From contig OZ251231.1 of NCBI GenBank assembly GCA_965240325.2, positions 434,001 to 498,000 of the forward strand: a DNA stretch of 64,000 nucleotides, read 5' to 3'. The DNA is from Rebecca billardiae RCC1528 (taxonomy: Eukaryota > Protista > Haptophyta). Below, in pieces: positions 21,958 through 34,049 of this stretch. Under the pieces are notes generated by a model. That model saw nothing but the letters and a program-made list of their open reading frames with translations, had not been told where the DNA came from and ran no database searches. The translations under genes and the position numbers were made by a program. Position 1 is the stretch's first letter, and the number at the start of each line of letters is the position of its first letter.

Positions 21958-24887
21958 ATGTCGAGCCGCGGCAGACGACGCTTGCGATGCGGTGTGGCGC
22001 TCGCGGCGCCACCTCTGCGCGCGATCATCGCGTGCGCGTGCCTGTGCGCCAGTGCGGGCGGGGGCTCGGCGGGCTCGAGCAGCGCGCGCGATAGAAGCGC
22101 GCTCGTGCCGACGGTGGTGCACGCGCCAGCCCCGCTCCCCGAGCGGCACGTGCTCGTGCGGCTCGGCGTGGACGGGGCGCGCGAGCTCGGCCGTGTGCTT
22201 CACAAGCACAACGTCTCGAGCCACGTGCTCCCGCCTCCGCAGGCCGTCACCGTCACCCGGCGCGCCGGGCACATCCGCAGGATCACTCTGGAGTGGCCAG
22301 CGCCCGGCCCGCGCGGCACGCTCTCGCTGCCGTTCGCGCTGGGGCCGGAGGAGATCGGCGAGGCGGACTGCGTGCGGCTCATGCACGCGCTTCTCCGCCG
22401 GCACGCCGTCACCGTCAACCTCCCGGACTCCGCCGAGCTCGTCAACGCGCAGGTCGTCGGCGTCTCGTTTGAGCGCGCGACGCTCCGGCTGCGCATGCGC
22501 GACGTCGAGCTGGACGGCGACGGGACGGAGGCGCGCGGCGCGCGCGGCGCGGGCGCGAAGGCGCCCACGACGATCGTCACCGCCGGCGCCTCCAGCGCCG
22601 GACAGGCCGCCGCCGCGCGCACGGGCGGAGACGCACGCGCCGTGCTCACGACGGCGCCGACGACAGGCGGCGGCGGCGGCGGCGGCGGCGGCGGGCAAGC
22701 TGGCGGCGCGGACTTGCGCAGTGCGAAGAGGCGCGCGGCCTTCGAAGCCGCCGGGGGCGACGCGCCGCCTCAGGAGGCCATCGAGTCGGCGGCGGAGCCC
22801 GGCCCGAGCAGCCCGGCAGCCTCCGCCAAGGCGGCGGTGGCGCGGAACGCGCAGCGGCTGCTGATTGAAGGCCTGCGCTTCACGTTCGGCGCCGACCTGC
22901 ACTCGGCGCAGGTGCGCGGCGCGGCGCGGCGTCGCGCGCGCGGGGGCAGCGGGGCGAGCAGAGCGCGCGCTCACGCGCACGCGCGCCGCGCGCCCTCTGC
23001 CCGCGCGCTCTGCGCGCGCGCCGCCACCCGCAGCACGGCGCGTCGGCGCGGCTGCGAATGACCGTGTCCAACGTCACCGTTGCGTTTGACCTGATCTCGA
23101 CGGTCGAGGCGGCGGCGGACGACGGCGGCGACGACGCCTCGTCGCCGGCCGCGCGCGCGGCGCGCACCGTCACCGGCTTGCGCGTGTGTACGGTCTGGCT
23201 GGGCGGCTGCGCGCTGCGCGCGCCTCGCGGCGCGCCGCCCGCGGCGGCGTACGCAGCGGCGGCGGTCGCCGCCGCCTCCAATGTCGCCACCTCGCCGGCG
23301 GGCGCGGGCGCGCCGACGGCCGGGTCGCGCGTGCCGCAGACGATGCGCACGGGCGCGACGGTCGACGCCGCGTCCGCCGCGTCCGCGTCCACGGGCGTCG
23401 CCGGCTCCGCCGCCGGCGCGTCCGCCGCGAGCCGGCGCGCGGCGCGGCCTGAGCTTCCAGTCGCGCCCGACATTGAGGGCCCGATGCGCTACCTGCGCCG
23501 GCACACCGTCGTGCACGTCAGGCCGCTGGACGAGCCGCTGCGCGCGGTGCGCGGCGCGGGCGCGCGGCGGCCGAAGCGCGCGGCGCGGCCGGACGGCGCC
23601 GCCGGCCCCGACGCGCCGCCGGCCGCCTCCAGCCTGCAAGGCGGCGCGACGCACACCAAGCTGCGCGGCATGCGGAAGTTGGTCGCGCTGTGCCGCTCGC
23701 ACGTGCTCGCTTCGCACGTGCTGCGCGGCGCGGTCACGGACGCCGCGATCGCCGCGCTGCTCACGATGCTGCTGCCGCAGGCCGCGCTGCCGCGCGGCGC
23801 GGGCGGCGGCGGCGGCAGCGCGGGCGGCGGCGGCGGCAGCGCGGGCGGCGGCGGCGGCGGCGGCGGCGACAGCACCGCCTTGACTACGACCGGCGGCGGC
23901 GATGGCATCGGCGGCGGCGGCGGCGGCGGCGCAGAGCACGGTGGCGGCGCGCAGGAGGCACCGTCCACGCTCCCAATGATGCTCGCCCAGACACTCGCGG
24001 ACGCGCTTTCGCAGCGCGCGGCGCTCGCCAACCCGACCGCGCACCTGCTGCGCCAGCTCGTCGTCGAGCGCCGCCCGTTTGGGCTGCCCCTCGAGGCGGA
24101 CGTGCGCGCCGAGCTCGCCGGGCGGCACGGCGTGCTGAGGCCCGCGCTCACCATCGAGCGGTGGGGCGCGGTCGACTTCAGCCTGGCGTCGCCGCACCAC
24201 ACGCTGCGCGTCTCCGACCTGCACGTGCGCTTCGAGTGCGAGATCAAGCGCGCGGTCGGCGCGCCCACCTTCTCCTGGCTTGTCTTTGACGGCTCAATCC
24301 ACCTGCACGTCCACGTGCCGGACCTGGCCGTCTCCTTCTTCCCGGCGAACGGCTCGGTGGTCTCGCGGCCGCGCGTCAAGTGGAAGGTGGTGCGGTGCGA
24401 GGTGGGCACCAACGCGTCGGAGGCGTCGCTGGCGGACTCAGCGCTGCTCCTCGCCGCGCGGCTCGCCGGCGACCCCGAGGCGGAGCTCGCCGCGCAGGTC
24501 CACCGCTTCCTGCAGCACGAGCTCTACAGCCTCGTCGAGAAGGTCTCGACTGACCTGTGGAACCTGCAGCCGCCAGCCGGCGGCAAAGCGGCGGGCGGCG
24601 CCGCGCTCGAGCTCGCGCGTGACGGTGCGGGCGCCGCGGGGAGCGGCGACGCGCCCGACGGCGCGCGCGCCCAGCCGGAGGCGCTCGCCGCCACGCCCGG
24701 CGCGTGGGGGTGGGATCCCGGAGGCGGCGGCGGCGGCGTGCCCGAGGCTGGCGCGGGCGGTGGCGCCGACGGCGGCGGCGGCAGCAGCGGCGCCGAAGCG
24801 TATGGCGTGTCGGGCGAGCTCGCCGCTCGCTGGCGGCGCTGGGCCGCTGACCATCTCGCCGACAGGTCTGGGAGCAGCGGCGGCTGA
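21958..24887 (+). CDS. Predicted secreted protein with low-complexity inserts; C-terminal region possibly BPI/LBP (TULIP)-like (intron 22912-23033)
   Basis: Two long ORFs join in phase through a GTGCGC...CAG intron. Hydrophobic leader. Beta-rich segment followed by a long helix (HTLRVSDLHVRFEC...VVRCEVG...LYSLVEKVSTDLWNL). The family call is tentative. Confidence 0.6.
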
Positions 24888-25165
24888 GCTCAGAGCTCGG
24901 GCGGGCAGCTGGCAGCGGCCCACCTCAAGTCCTCAACTCTCAGTCTCAAGTGATGTCTGGCGTTGCCAGTGTCACACTGCTGTCAGACGAGGGTGGAAGG
25001 AGCCGCCTGGAGGCTGTCAGAGGCCTGTCAGAGGACTCCGACGACTGGGCGACTGGCGGGCGAGGCCGTGGCCGCGTCATACTAATAAACTCTTATTTAT
25101 ATTAGTATTATATATATATATATCATTAATATATATACATATATATATGTGTATATATGTATATA

Positions 25166-25673
25166 CAGGCAATCGCGGGCAATAAGAAGTCAGAGATCTC
25201 ACGGCTAGCCTCGGTTTCTTAGCCGTTCGGTAGCCCGAGCGCCTACGGAGTCTCAGTTTCTTAGCTAGGTCCGCCCGCTGCGCAGGCGCGGGGGGCGCAG
25301 GGGGGCAGAGCCCCCCGCGGAGTCTTTAGGCCCGGCCGGCGAGGCCGACGAAACTTTTGGGCCTTTTTGGAGCAAATCTGGCATGATGTTGCATGGATGC
25401 TGCGGTGCACTGGCCAGGAGTCAGTCATCAGGAGAAGTCGGGACTTGGCCTGTACTCGTAGTCGGGCCGCGCGCCGCGTCCCCGACGGGCCGACTGCGCC
25501 TCGCCCCTCGGCGGACCACTCGTCAGCCGCCGGGACGACGTAGTCCCGGTTTCTTAGTGTGACTATGCGTATAGCGAACCAGCCAATCGCTAGCCTCAGT
25601 TTCTAGGCCAGATCCGCAGATAGCAAGCCCCAGTTTCTTAACGTGACAGCTCCTTATTGCCCGCGATTGCCTG
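25166..25673. mobile_element. 508-bp MITE with 21-bp TIRs inserted in a (TA)n tract (Tc1/mariner-like)
   Basis: CAGGCAATCGCGGGCAATAAG (25166-25186) and CTTATTGCCCGCGATTGCCTG (25653-25673), with TA on both sides. Five internal direct GTTTCT(T)A repeats and a GGGGGGCAGAGCCCCCC hairpin. Confidence 0.88.
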
Positions 25674-26602
25674 TATATATATATATAATACTCATTCGGC
25701 GATGGAGTGATGGGCGACTACGAGGGGGGAGGGGGGGTACGACACTCGACAGGCGAGGAGCGCTGATCCTGGTGTTCAGACTGTTCAGTCGAGTCTGCTG
25801 TCAGACTACTGGCCGCGGCCAGTCTGACTCTGAGTCTGCCCGACTCAACTGTCTCAAGTCTTGCCAGGCACTACTACTAGTGCCCGACGATGCTGCTAAG
25901 CAGCGGATCAGCGCCCGCCGCCCGGTAAGCCTGCCTTCAGGTTGTCGGGCCTCACACATCCCGCGGAGTTCCGATCGCGTTCCAGAGCCCACGGCGCCGC
26001 CGCCTCTGAGTCGGCTGCCGCGGCCGGCCAGCCGGACCGCGGCCCGCCACCGGCGGGTCCGGCCGCGGCCGGCACGGTGCAGACTACTGACTAATCTGAA
26101 TGACTTCCAAGGGCACCGGTGACGGTCACGGTGGTAAGTGGTCACGTGCGAAGCAGAATTTATCGTCTTTGCATCACTCATCTGCTCCGACAACAGGCGG
26201 GCGCATGATGTGGTGACGATACACTGCATCGGCAGTGCGCCTAAACTGGCCGCCGGCCACCGTGCTCTCGTCCTGACCGTCTCACGAACTAACGGCGGAG
26301 AGTGACGTGGCCAGACGCGCGCTCGGCGCGTGCGCCACTGCCGCGGCGAGGATCATAGGGAGCATGGAGCCTGACCGGCTTCGACGGAAAAAATTTCGAC
26401 CCGGGAGGGGAACCGGGGCCCGATCTTTCGTCAGGACGGGCGTCGACGCCATTGTCTTTCAGGCTGCGAAGGTACCAGCAGCAAATTCATTCAAAGAGAA
26501 AGTTCTGATGTATGGTAAGAGAATTGGCAAGAATGATATCGCCGCCCCCCCCGCCGCCGCCGCCGCCGCCGGGCGCCGGCCCGCCACCAAAATCGCGATA
26601 TA

Positions 26603-28185
26603 AAACTCTGCCCTGGCGGGCGGGGGGGTCGGCGGGCCGTGCCAGTGCTGTCGCAATATTTCCCCAGCGGGTTCGCGTCTTTTATTTAGCGGTTTGACGG
26701 GCAGGATGACGAATAACAATGCGACACACAGATGATGGTGAGCTACCTGACTCACTGACGAATAATAACGCGACAGATGACTCTGGTGCGAGCTCACCGA
26801 CAGTGTGCGTACGCGCTGCATGTGCCGCATCTCGACCGCGATGACGTAGTCGAGCACCTCGCCGCCGACGAATCCGCCAGAGGAGATTGTGAGCATCTCC
26901 TCGTGCTGCCAGCTGAGATCGTGTGTCGCGAGGATGCCAATGTCCGCTCCGGGCACGATGGGCTCGGCGAAGGTCGCGTCGGCGTCGTGCACGGCCGCCA
27001 CGCTGCGCAACAGCGCGTCCAGGTCCAAGCGCTCGTCGGCGCTCGCCGCTCCGCGCGACAGGTCCGGCACTCGCACGTTCGGCGGTATCATAATCAGGAG
27101 CTCTCGGTGGTGCGCGCGCGCGCAGTGCGAGAGCGTGTGCCACTCGCGATCGAGGGTGGGCACGCGCTGTTCGAGCAGGCACAGGAAGCGCAGCGCATGC
27201 GCCACTGGCTTTACGACGTTGGCCTCGTCCCGCAGCGACCGTGCCATGGACAAGGATGGTGCGGTGATCTTGCACGCGCGACGTTTCAGCTCGTCGCGAA
27301 TGCGCACCTGGGATCGGTTATAGCGCGCTGTCGCCTCAGTCGCCGACTCGCGAAGACGCGATTCCGGCCACGGCGGCAGAACCGGCAGGTGCGTGCGGTG
27401 CGCCTCGTACGCCGCTTCGCGCTGCGCCTCCGTCGCACTGGCCACCGTCGACGCCATGCAGGGATTGCAGGCTGGACGTGGGCCCTCAGGCGCCGAGCGA
27501 TCTTTGGTCGCGAGCTCGCGAGCGTGAAAGATGATCGCTCGCTCTGGAAAACCACCGATCGTAGCAAACGGATTTGCATGCGCCCGACCTTGCCAACCGG
27601 GGCACGCGACAGTCCGGTGTGTGGATTCCGGTTATGGTGTTCAGAAGGCCGCGCCAAAGCTTGCGTCGCGTGCGATGGCGCTTCCCGCCCGCGAGACGCC
27701 TCGTGATGAATGCGTTTCCGCACCGAGCCCGACGCGCGACGGTGGATCGCGCGAGGCGGCCATCGTGCGCAGCGCATGATGCTATGGCCGGTGCGAGCTT
27801 TCGACGTGCACGTCGGGCGAGGATCGCCCCAGGTCGCACGATCGTGTCGACGCGCCGAGCGTACCGCTCCAAACGCGTCGATTCAGCCCCCGTTCGACCT
27901 GCACGCGAGACGACGAGGGCAGCAATCGCGAATCGGGCGAAAACACGTCTCGGGAATCCTCGCGCGATGTCCGCGCCGGCGTTGGATTCGGCGCGCGCCG
28001 CCCATGCGCTCCGCGCCATGGCCAAGATGGTTTTCGGCCGAGCGTCCCCAGTGGGAGCTGCGAGGGCGCCCGGTAGTGAGCGAAGCGGCGACGATTTTCT
28101 TTTCTCTGCGAGGCGATTTTCTTTTTCCCTTTTCTTTTTCTTATCTTTTTCCCGGGCACTACAAGGGGCGGACCTACGGCCCGCC
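26603..28185 (-). mobile_element. TSD-less element (Helentron/Helitron2-like ends) carrying a Ulp1-like protease relic, copy 1
   Basis: Homologous end-to-end, in inverted orientation, to 51033-52541. 5' GGCGGGCCGT with its inverted copy about 30 nt before the 3' end ...GGGCAGAGTTT. Flanked by T|T. Confidence 0.75.
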
Positions 28186-28785
28186 ATTATGATCATGATC
28201 ATCGTCGATCGTTAATGAGCATTATTTTGATGAGGGCTGGTCGATGACTATTTTATGATCATTTACGAAGCTCGATGAATACCCACATCATCATTGCAAG
28301 TGTTGTGTGAGCACTCACCTATCATAAAGTACCAAGATAGTACTATGACGGTTCAAGGTGGACCCGGGGTTGACAACCAGATTCAATCTCGACAACTCAA
28401 ACGTTATTTTTGGTTTTTGGAGTAGTATGGACGCGCTCATATGGGCTGAACAAGCGAGGGTGCGGGTGTGGCCCATATGATATCATGAACTCTCATGCAG
28501 CCGTTCACGTATAGGTACCGGCTGGGCGGCTACCCTCATTTCAACCCACCACACCCAATCTTGCACACGCTGTTATTCTTCTTCTTGGCCACATTGCCGA
28601 TTTGCTATGGGTTGCCCACGGGTAAGGCGGGTTGGGGGGGTTCCCAGCTTAAGGTTAGGTCAGGCCGTCAGGGTGTGGACCTTGGTACTTACCGTAGTAG
28701 CTCTTTGACCACCCAGCTCAGCACCCGCGCGCTCGGGGAGAGGCAGAGCTCTCATCGGCGTTGACAGCGCGCCCTTCGGGGAGAC

Positions 28786-30015
28786 ATGGACGAGGACGAT
28801 CTCGATGACAGGATGGACGACGACGATGGCGGCGACATGAGCGAGGCGGCGCCGTCATCGGGCGAGCCCGCCGCGCGCGCCCCGCAGCGCCACGCGTGGT
28901 CGCCCGAGGAGGATGAGAAGCTACGACAGCTCGTGGCGCAGCACGGGCCGTGCGAGTGGGGGGCGATTGCGGCGCAGATGGGCACGCGCAAGCACTGGCA
29001 ATGCCGCGAGCGTTGGCATCACCACCTCACGCCCGAGCTCACGCGCACCGAGTGGACTGCGCACGAAGATGCCATCATCCTGCACAACGTCCGCAGCTTT
29101 GGCCAGGTGCGCCGAGCGTCCGCGAAGCACCGCGGCCCCAGGGCGCGTCGGGGGCGCATCGCCTGCGCGCGCGCGCACTCACCTGCCCCGCTCGCCGCGC
29201 GCACGCTCGGGCCCACCGCGTCGCAGCAATGGTCCCGCTTCCGGGCGCACCTGCCAGGCCGCTCTGGCCACGCGATCAAGAACCGATACCACTCGCTCAA
29301 GCGCCGCGCCGACCGGTTGCGCAAGCAGGGCCGGCTGGGCGAGAACGACGACGCGATCCCGCTGGGCACGCCAGGGGGGGCTCCGCAGCTGGCCGGAGCA
29401 GCGCCGCCGGGCGGCTTCCCGGCACAACCGCCGGCTGCCCACTGGCCGCCCTTCCAGCACGTGCAGCCGGCGGCGCCTGCCATGCCGATCGCCGAGGCGG
29501 CTGGCGGGCACCAGCTCGGCCGCCACCCGGGCAGCGGGCACCAGCTCGGCGCGCACCCGGGCAGCGCCCAGCCCTCGGGCGGGCACCAGCTGGGCGCGCA
29601 CCCGGGCAACAACCGCCCGCAGTTCGCGCAGCCAGCCGGTGGGCACCAACTCGGGCCGCACCCGGGCGGCGGCTCGCTGGGCGGACACCGCGTCGTCAAC
29701 TCCTCTGGGCAGCCCCTCGTCACGGCCACGCCCCAAGCGCCCATGCAGTCGTACGTCGTGGGTATCCCGTACGCGCCCGCACCGCAGGCGCAGCCGGCGC
29801 ATGGCTCGGTCATGCTGCCGCCCCACCAGCAGTACGTGCAGGGCAACATCCAGGGCGCAGGCTACCAGGCGATGCCAGACGCGCAGCCAGTCGTGGTCGC
29901 AGGGAACATGCCGGTTCAAGTCGTGGGCAAGGTCGCCGCGGGCATGGCGACTGCCGCCGCCGCGGCCGCCGCTGCTGTGCGCGGCGGTGGCTCGCGCGGG
30001 CGGGGGAGCGGCTGA
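28786..30015 (+). CDS. R2R3-MYB transcription factor (intron 29107-29226)
   Basis: WSPEEDEKLRQLV...W..IA...RKHWQCRERWHHHL, WTAHEDAII, and WSRFRAHLPGRSGHAIKNRYHSL. Confidence 0.9.
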   Translation: MDEDDLDDRMDDDDGGDMSEAAPSSGEPAARAPQRHAWSPEEDEKLRQLVAQHGPCEWGAIAAQMGTRKHWQCRERWHHHLTPELTRTEWTAHEDAIILHNVRSFGQVRRASAKHRGPRARRGRIACARAHSPAPLAARTLGPTASQQWSRFRAHLPGRSGHAIKNRYHSLKRRADRLRKQGRLGENDDAIPLGTPGGAPQLAGAAPPGGFPAQPPAAHWPPFQHVQPAAPAMPIAEAAGGHQLGRHPGSGHQLGAHPGSAQPSGGHQLGAHPGNNRPQFAQPAGGHQLGPHPGGGSLGGHRVVNSSGQPLVTATPQAPMQSYVVGIPYAPAPQAQPAHGSVMLPPHQQYVQGNIQGAGYQAMPDAQPVVVAGNMPVQVVGKVAAGMATAAAAAAAAVRGGGSRGRGSG

Positions 30016-30518
30016 GCATGCACCCCGGATGGTGCCGCCCGCCGCCGCCGTCGCAGCTGAGCGGAAATGACCTCTCGCAAGCGCGGCGGGACGGATGCGA
30101 GCGCTCGCCGGAGCCGCACCGTTCGCGGAGCCTGATCCAGTCCGTCCACTTTCCAGGAGCGCCCCCCGATGCTGACTGGCCGATGCCGGCTGGCCTGCAG
30201 CCCTACGAAGGCCTGCGCTGCATCGGCCTCAGCCTTCGGAGCATGTCGCCTTTGTCCGACGACTACGCTCTCAACTTAGTCGTCGTCTGATAATCAGATC
30301 AGTAATGAGAGTATTTTGAGACTGCCTGGAAGTGGATTACGTAGTGCACTAGTGGCGGCGGTAGTCCGTACATCATCGGAATGCGTATATCATCATCATC
30401 GATATATCAATATTTTAAAAACATCGCGTCGCGTCTGAAATCGTCGGCGCTGCCATCAATATTATTATTGATTAATGAGTCGTCGTCCAATCTCAGAATC
30501 TGAGCAGCAGCATCAGCA

Positions 30519-32720
30519 TTATTCTTCTACTGTCGCCGCCAGCGGTGACCGGACTGCTGGCTTCCCATAGGAGCCGCGAAAGTCTGCGGTCAGCGCCGTC
30601 GTCCGCCGACCTCCGGCTCCGGCACCTCGTCCCGCATCTCCAGTCGACGACGATGACGCCTTATTCGTCCTCCGGTTGCCGACGACACGAACACCGCCGC
30701 TGTGCCGGAGCTGCTGCCGCCCGTGTCTGTAGCGCCAGGCCCAGACGCACGCCGAGGCCAGGCACACGAGTACGCAGCCGAGCGTGACAGAGAAGACCAC
30801 GATGAGCACTGTAGCTGCCTGCCTCAGAACCGACACTGGGATCTCCGTGCCGCAGCTCTCGGCGTCGCAGTACTCCCACTGCTTGAACCCTGTGTGACCC
30901 GTGTAGCACCATGGGCGCTGGGCGCAGGGAGCCGCGCGCGCGGTGGGTGGCGCGTCGCGCGGGCGTCACGCGCGGCACGACGCGTGCTGAGCGCGCGAGG
31001 GCAGGTGTACACGCGAGCAGCACGGACATGCGCGCGCCGCACCTCCCTCTCGAGCCCAGGGTTTCGGCAAAAGTTGTGCGCGCCGAGCACGTCGCCAAAG
31101 CGGTGCACAGAAAAGTAATCGTGTGTGCGGTCACTCCAGCGCTGGCAGGGCGTGCCGCCCTCGGACGTGTTGATCGAGCCGATGTAGTCGTGCACGTAGC
31201 ACAGCGGCCAGCACTGCGGCACGTGGCAGTACTCCCACTCCACGTCGGGATCCGTGGTGAAGCACCACACGGCATCGCCGCGCGCGCCCTGCACAACGCG
31301 CGCGCGCACACGGGCAGCGCGTCAGGCCGCGCGCGTGTGCAGCGTGTGCGCACGAGCCTGCTCACTGCGAAGGGCCTGGGCGGCTCCAATGGTGCAGGAG
31401 AGCGCGAGGCGCGCACCGACTCGGGCATTCGGCAGTAATTGTGCTCGCCCAGCCCAGCATCGGCGTGCGCGGCCGGTGCGAAGCCGTGCGCATGCGGACG
31501 GCTGGCAGACCAGCGCTGGCAGGGCCGACCGCTCGCCGTCACGTTGAGCGCGCCCCTGTACGCGCTCTTGTGCCGCTCCCAGCAGCCGACGCCCGGCATC
31601 GACGCGGGCGCGGCCGCGGGGCATGCCGGGACGGCGCACTCGCTCGTCTGCCCGGGCGCGATCACGCAAACGGGCTTCGCCTGTGCCACATCACGCGCGC
31701 GCGCGCGCGCGGTGCCAGCCCGCCAGGCGAGCGCCAGCATCACAAGGGAGTAAAAGTGAGTAGAAGTGCGCATGCGCGGCGCGCGGACGCCGCGGTGCGG
31801 GGCACGGGCGCGAGGCGCTCGTGCGCCGGGCGAGCGCCGCACATATCGATCTGGAGCGGGGTTGCGACAGGCCGATGTGCCCTCCAAGCCCCGGCCACCC
31901 AACGCCGGCTCCCACGGTCGGCATGCCCTGCCATTGCGGTCCGTCGACAGCGCACCGACGTACGCTCGACCGTCGCTGTCCGGCCCGGTGCTCGGGACGC
32001 ACGCGAGGTGCTGCACGCGGCAGTCGGGCACGTCGCAGAACTGCGCCGTCACGTTGGGATCGGTCGTGAAGCACCACGGCCGCGCCAGCCCGTTTGGGTT
32101 TCGGCAGAAGGAGTGGTTGCCACCCAGGCCGGCATCGGGGAAGTACTCCTCCGTGAACGCATGCGCGTGCGGCGCGTGGCTCGCCCATCGCTGGCACGCG
32201 AGGCCGCCCGCCGTGGTCGCGAGGTGCCCTCGATAGTCCACGCCGCGCTCCGTCGCTGCGCACTCCGTGTCCGCGACGGACGGCCCGCACGCGGGCACGC
32301 TGCACAGCTCGCGCGACACATTTCCCTGTGCGCCGCTCACCAGACACCACGGGCCTGGTGCCTGCGCGCAGCGGGCGGGATGGGGCGCGTGCGGGTCACA
32401 ACGCGCACAGGCGAGTAGAGCGCATACTGCCACGGCGACGCTCGCGCGTGGCACACCTCCCCGCGCGGGTTGCGGCAGTAGGTGCTGCCGGGCTCAATGC
32501 CCGCATCTGGGTCCAGCCGCGCCCAGGCGTCGGCCCACGGAGTGCATGCACGGCCAGACTTGGTCCTGGAGAGCGAGCCGCGGTAGTCGGTCCCGCTTGG
32601 AGTGAACGCGCACTCCCCGCCGCCGGTCGGGTGCACCGTCACGCCCGACGCGTGCGCCTGCAGGAAGCAGACGATCGTTCCGGCGAGTCGGAGCTGGACG
32701 GCCCCCATTGTCATGCGCAT
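30519..32720 (-). CDS. Type I membrane protein with five kringle domains (5 exons)
   Basis: Five YxG...T..G..C..W...(F/Y)CRNP...WC repeats after splicing four GTG...CAG introns. N-terminal signal peptide. TM segment ATVLIVVFSVTLGCVLVCLASACVWAW followed by a basic tail. Confidence 0.85.
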
Positions 32721-32760
32721 TCGTCCATTTCGCGGCCATCAGTCGGCAAGTGGACGAAGT

Positions 32761-33646
32761 CTGGCCGATATGGTACACACCCGGCCGCTCTGCGCGTGGT
32801 GGAACCACGCTCGCAGAGCGGCCGGCCGGGGCTAACCGCTCAGAGATCGGGCCCGTGACGAAACATGGCAGCGCCTCGGGACGCGTGGCCGGCGCTGGGG
32901 GGCGACACGCGTGGTGCTCGTTTGGCGTGGCGCGGTGTCGGACCGGTCGCGCGCTTGGAAGATGGACGCACCTTCACGTTGTTCGGGCACTCCCGCATCA
33001 GGTCTATGCACGCGCGTCTCTCTCGCCGCCCGCGCGGGGCTCGCTTTCACCCGCCGCCTTTGCACCCGCCTCACAATCGAGCCGCTGTAACTCGTTATGG
33101 GCGGGAATGGGCGGGCTCAGACGCATTCTGCGCGGTGGTCTAGTGGTATGTGAGAAGGTTGGATGCGGTCGTTTTCTTGTCGTGGCTTGTCGTCGCTCAC
33201 ACGCGTCCACTTGGCTACCAGTGCGCACTGCCTGTGACTGCCTGTGCGCACGCGCTCTGACATCTCGGCTGGGGAGGGATCGGCATGCCGGTGTCACGAC
33301 GAGCCCGGGCACACGGAACTAATCGTCTACTCCCAAGCCGCGCGCACCTGGCTGGAAGTGGCTGGCGAGCAAGTTGGAACCGAATGCAATCATGATGGCA
33401 CTCTACGCTCTGCTCAGCCTTGTCAGTGTGAGCACGACGGGAACGCCGTACGCGAGGCGAGGCGGCGCAATGAAGCGCGCCCCGATGGCGGAGAGCTCAC
33501 CAACATGATCGAAGAGCCCGCCCGCACCCTCAGGCGTGGCCGCGGGGCGCGCGTCCGGGACCGCCTCAGGCCCCTGAGATTCGCCCCGGCCGCTCTGCGA
33601 GCATGGGTTCCCCATGCGCAGAGCGGTAAGGGTGTGTATCGGCCAG
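32761..33646. mobile_element. 886-bp MULE-like non-autonomous element with 9-bp TSD and hairpin-containing TIRs
   Basis: TSD GGACGAAGT at 32752-32760 and 33647-33655. Termini CTGGCCGATA...TATCGGCCAG. About 80-bp imperfect TIRs. Confidence 0.82.
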
Positions 33647-34049
33647 GGACGAAGTCGTCGTAGTCGGTGAACAGGAGAACGCCATGAGCAGAACTTGGTT
33701 GGGGGCTGGCCAGGGTAGGGCTGGAGGCTTCGGCCGCCAGTCTGATCACCCGGAGCCCGTTATTATATAAATAAGGGGAATTTTAAAAAGAACAGCGCCG
33801 GGATAGACCTAATTCTATGATTGACAGGTTGCACAGGAAACTGTCCTTGGTGTTACATTTCTGAGAGACGGCGCCTCTGAAGGATGGCGCCCGCCCACTC
33901 GCCGCTCGTGGGTGGCGCGCGCCTCGCGTGTCGATGCAGCCCCGCATCATGACTAGCTGAATGCCGTGTCGTCAGGACTTGTCCGCGTGCGCTACATCCC
34001 TTGAGCTAGCACAGCCGGGACCCCCTCGCCGTCGGCAGTGACTGTCATC

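Noticed and set aside
28437-28480. 10-bp inverted repeat TCATATGGGC...GCCCATATGA
   Set aside because: It could be a TA-flanked micro-element, but it is too short and single-copy here to separate from chance.
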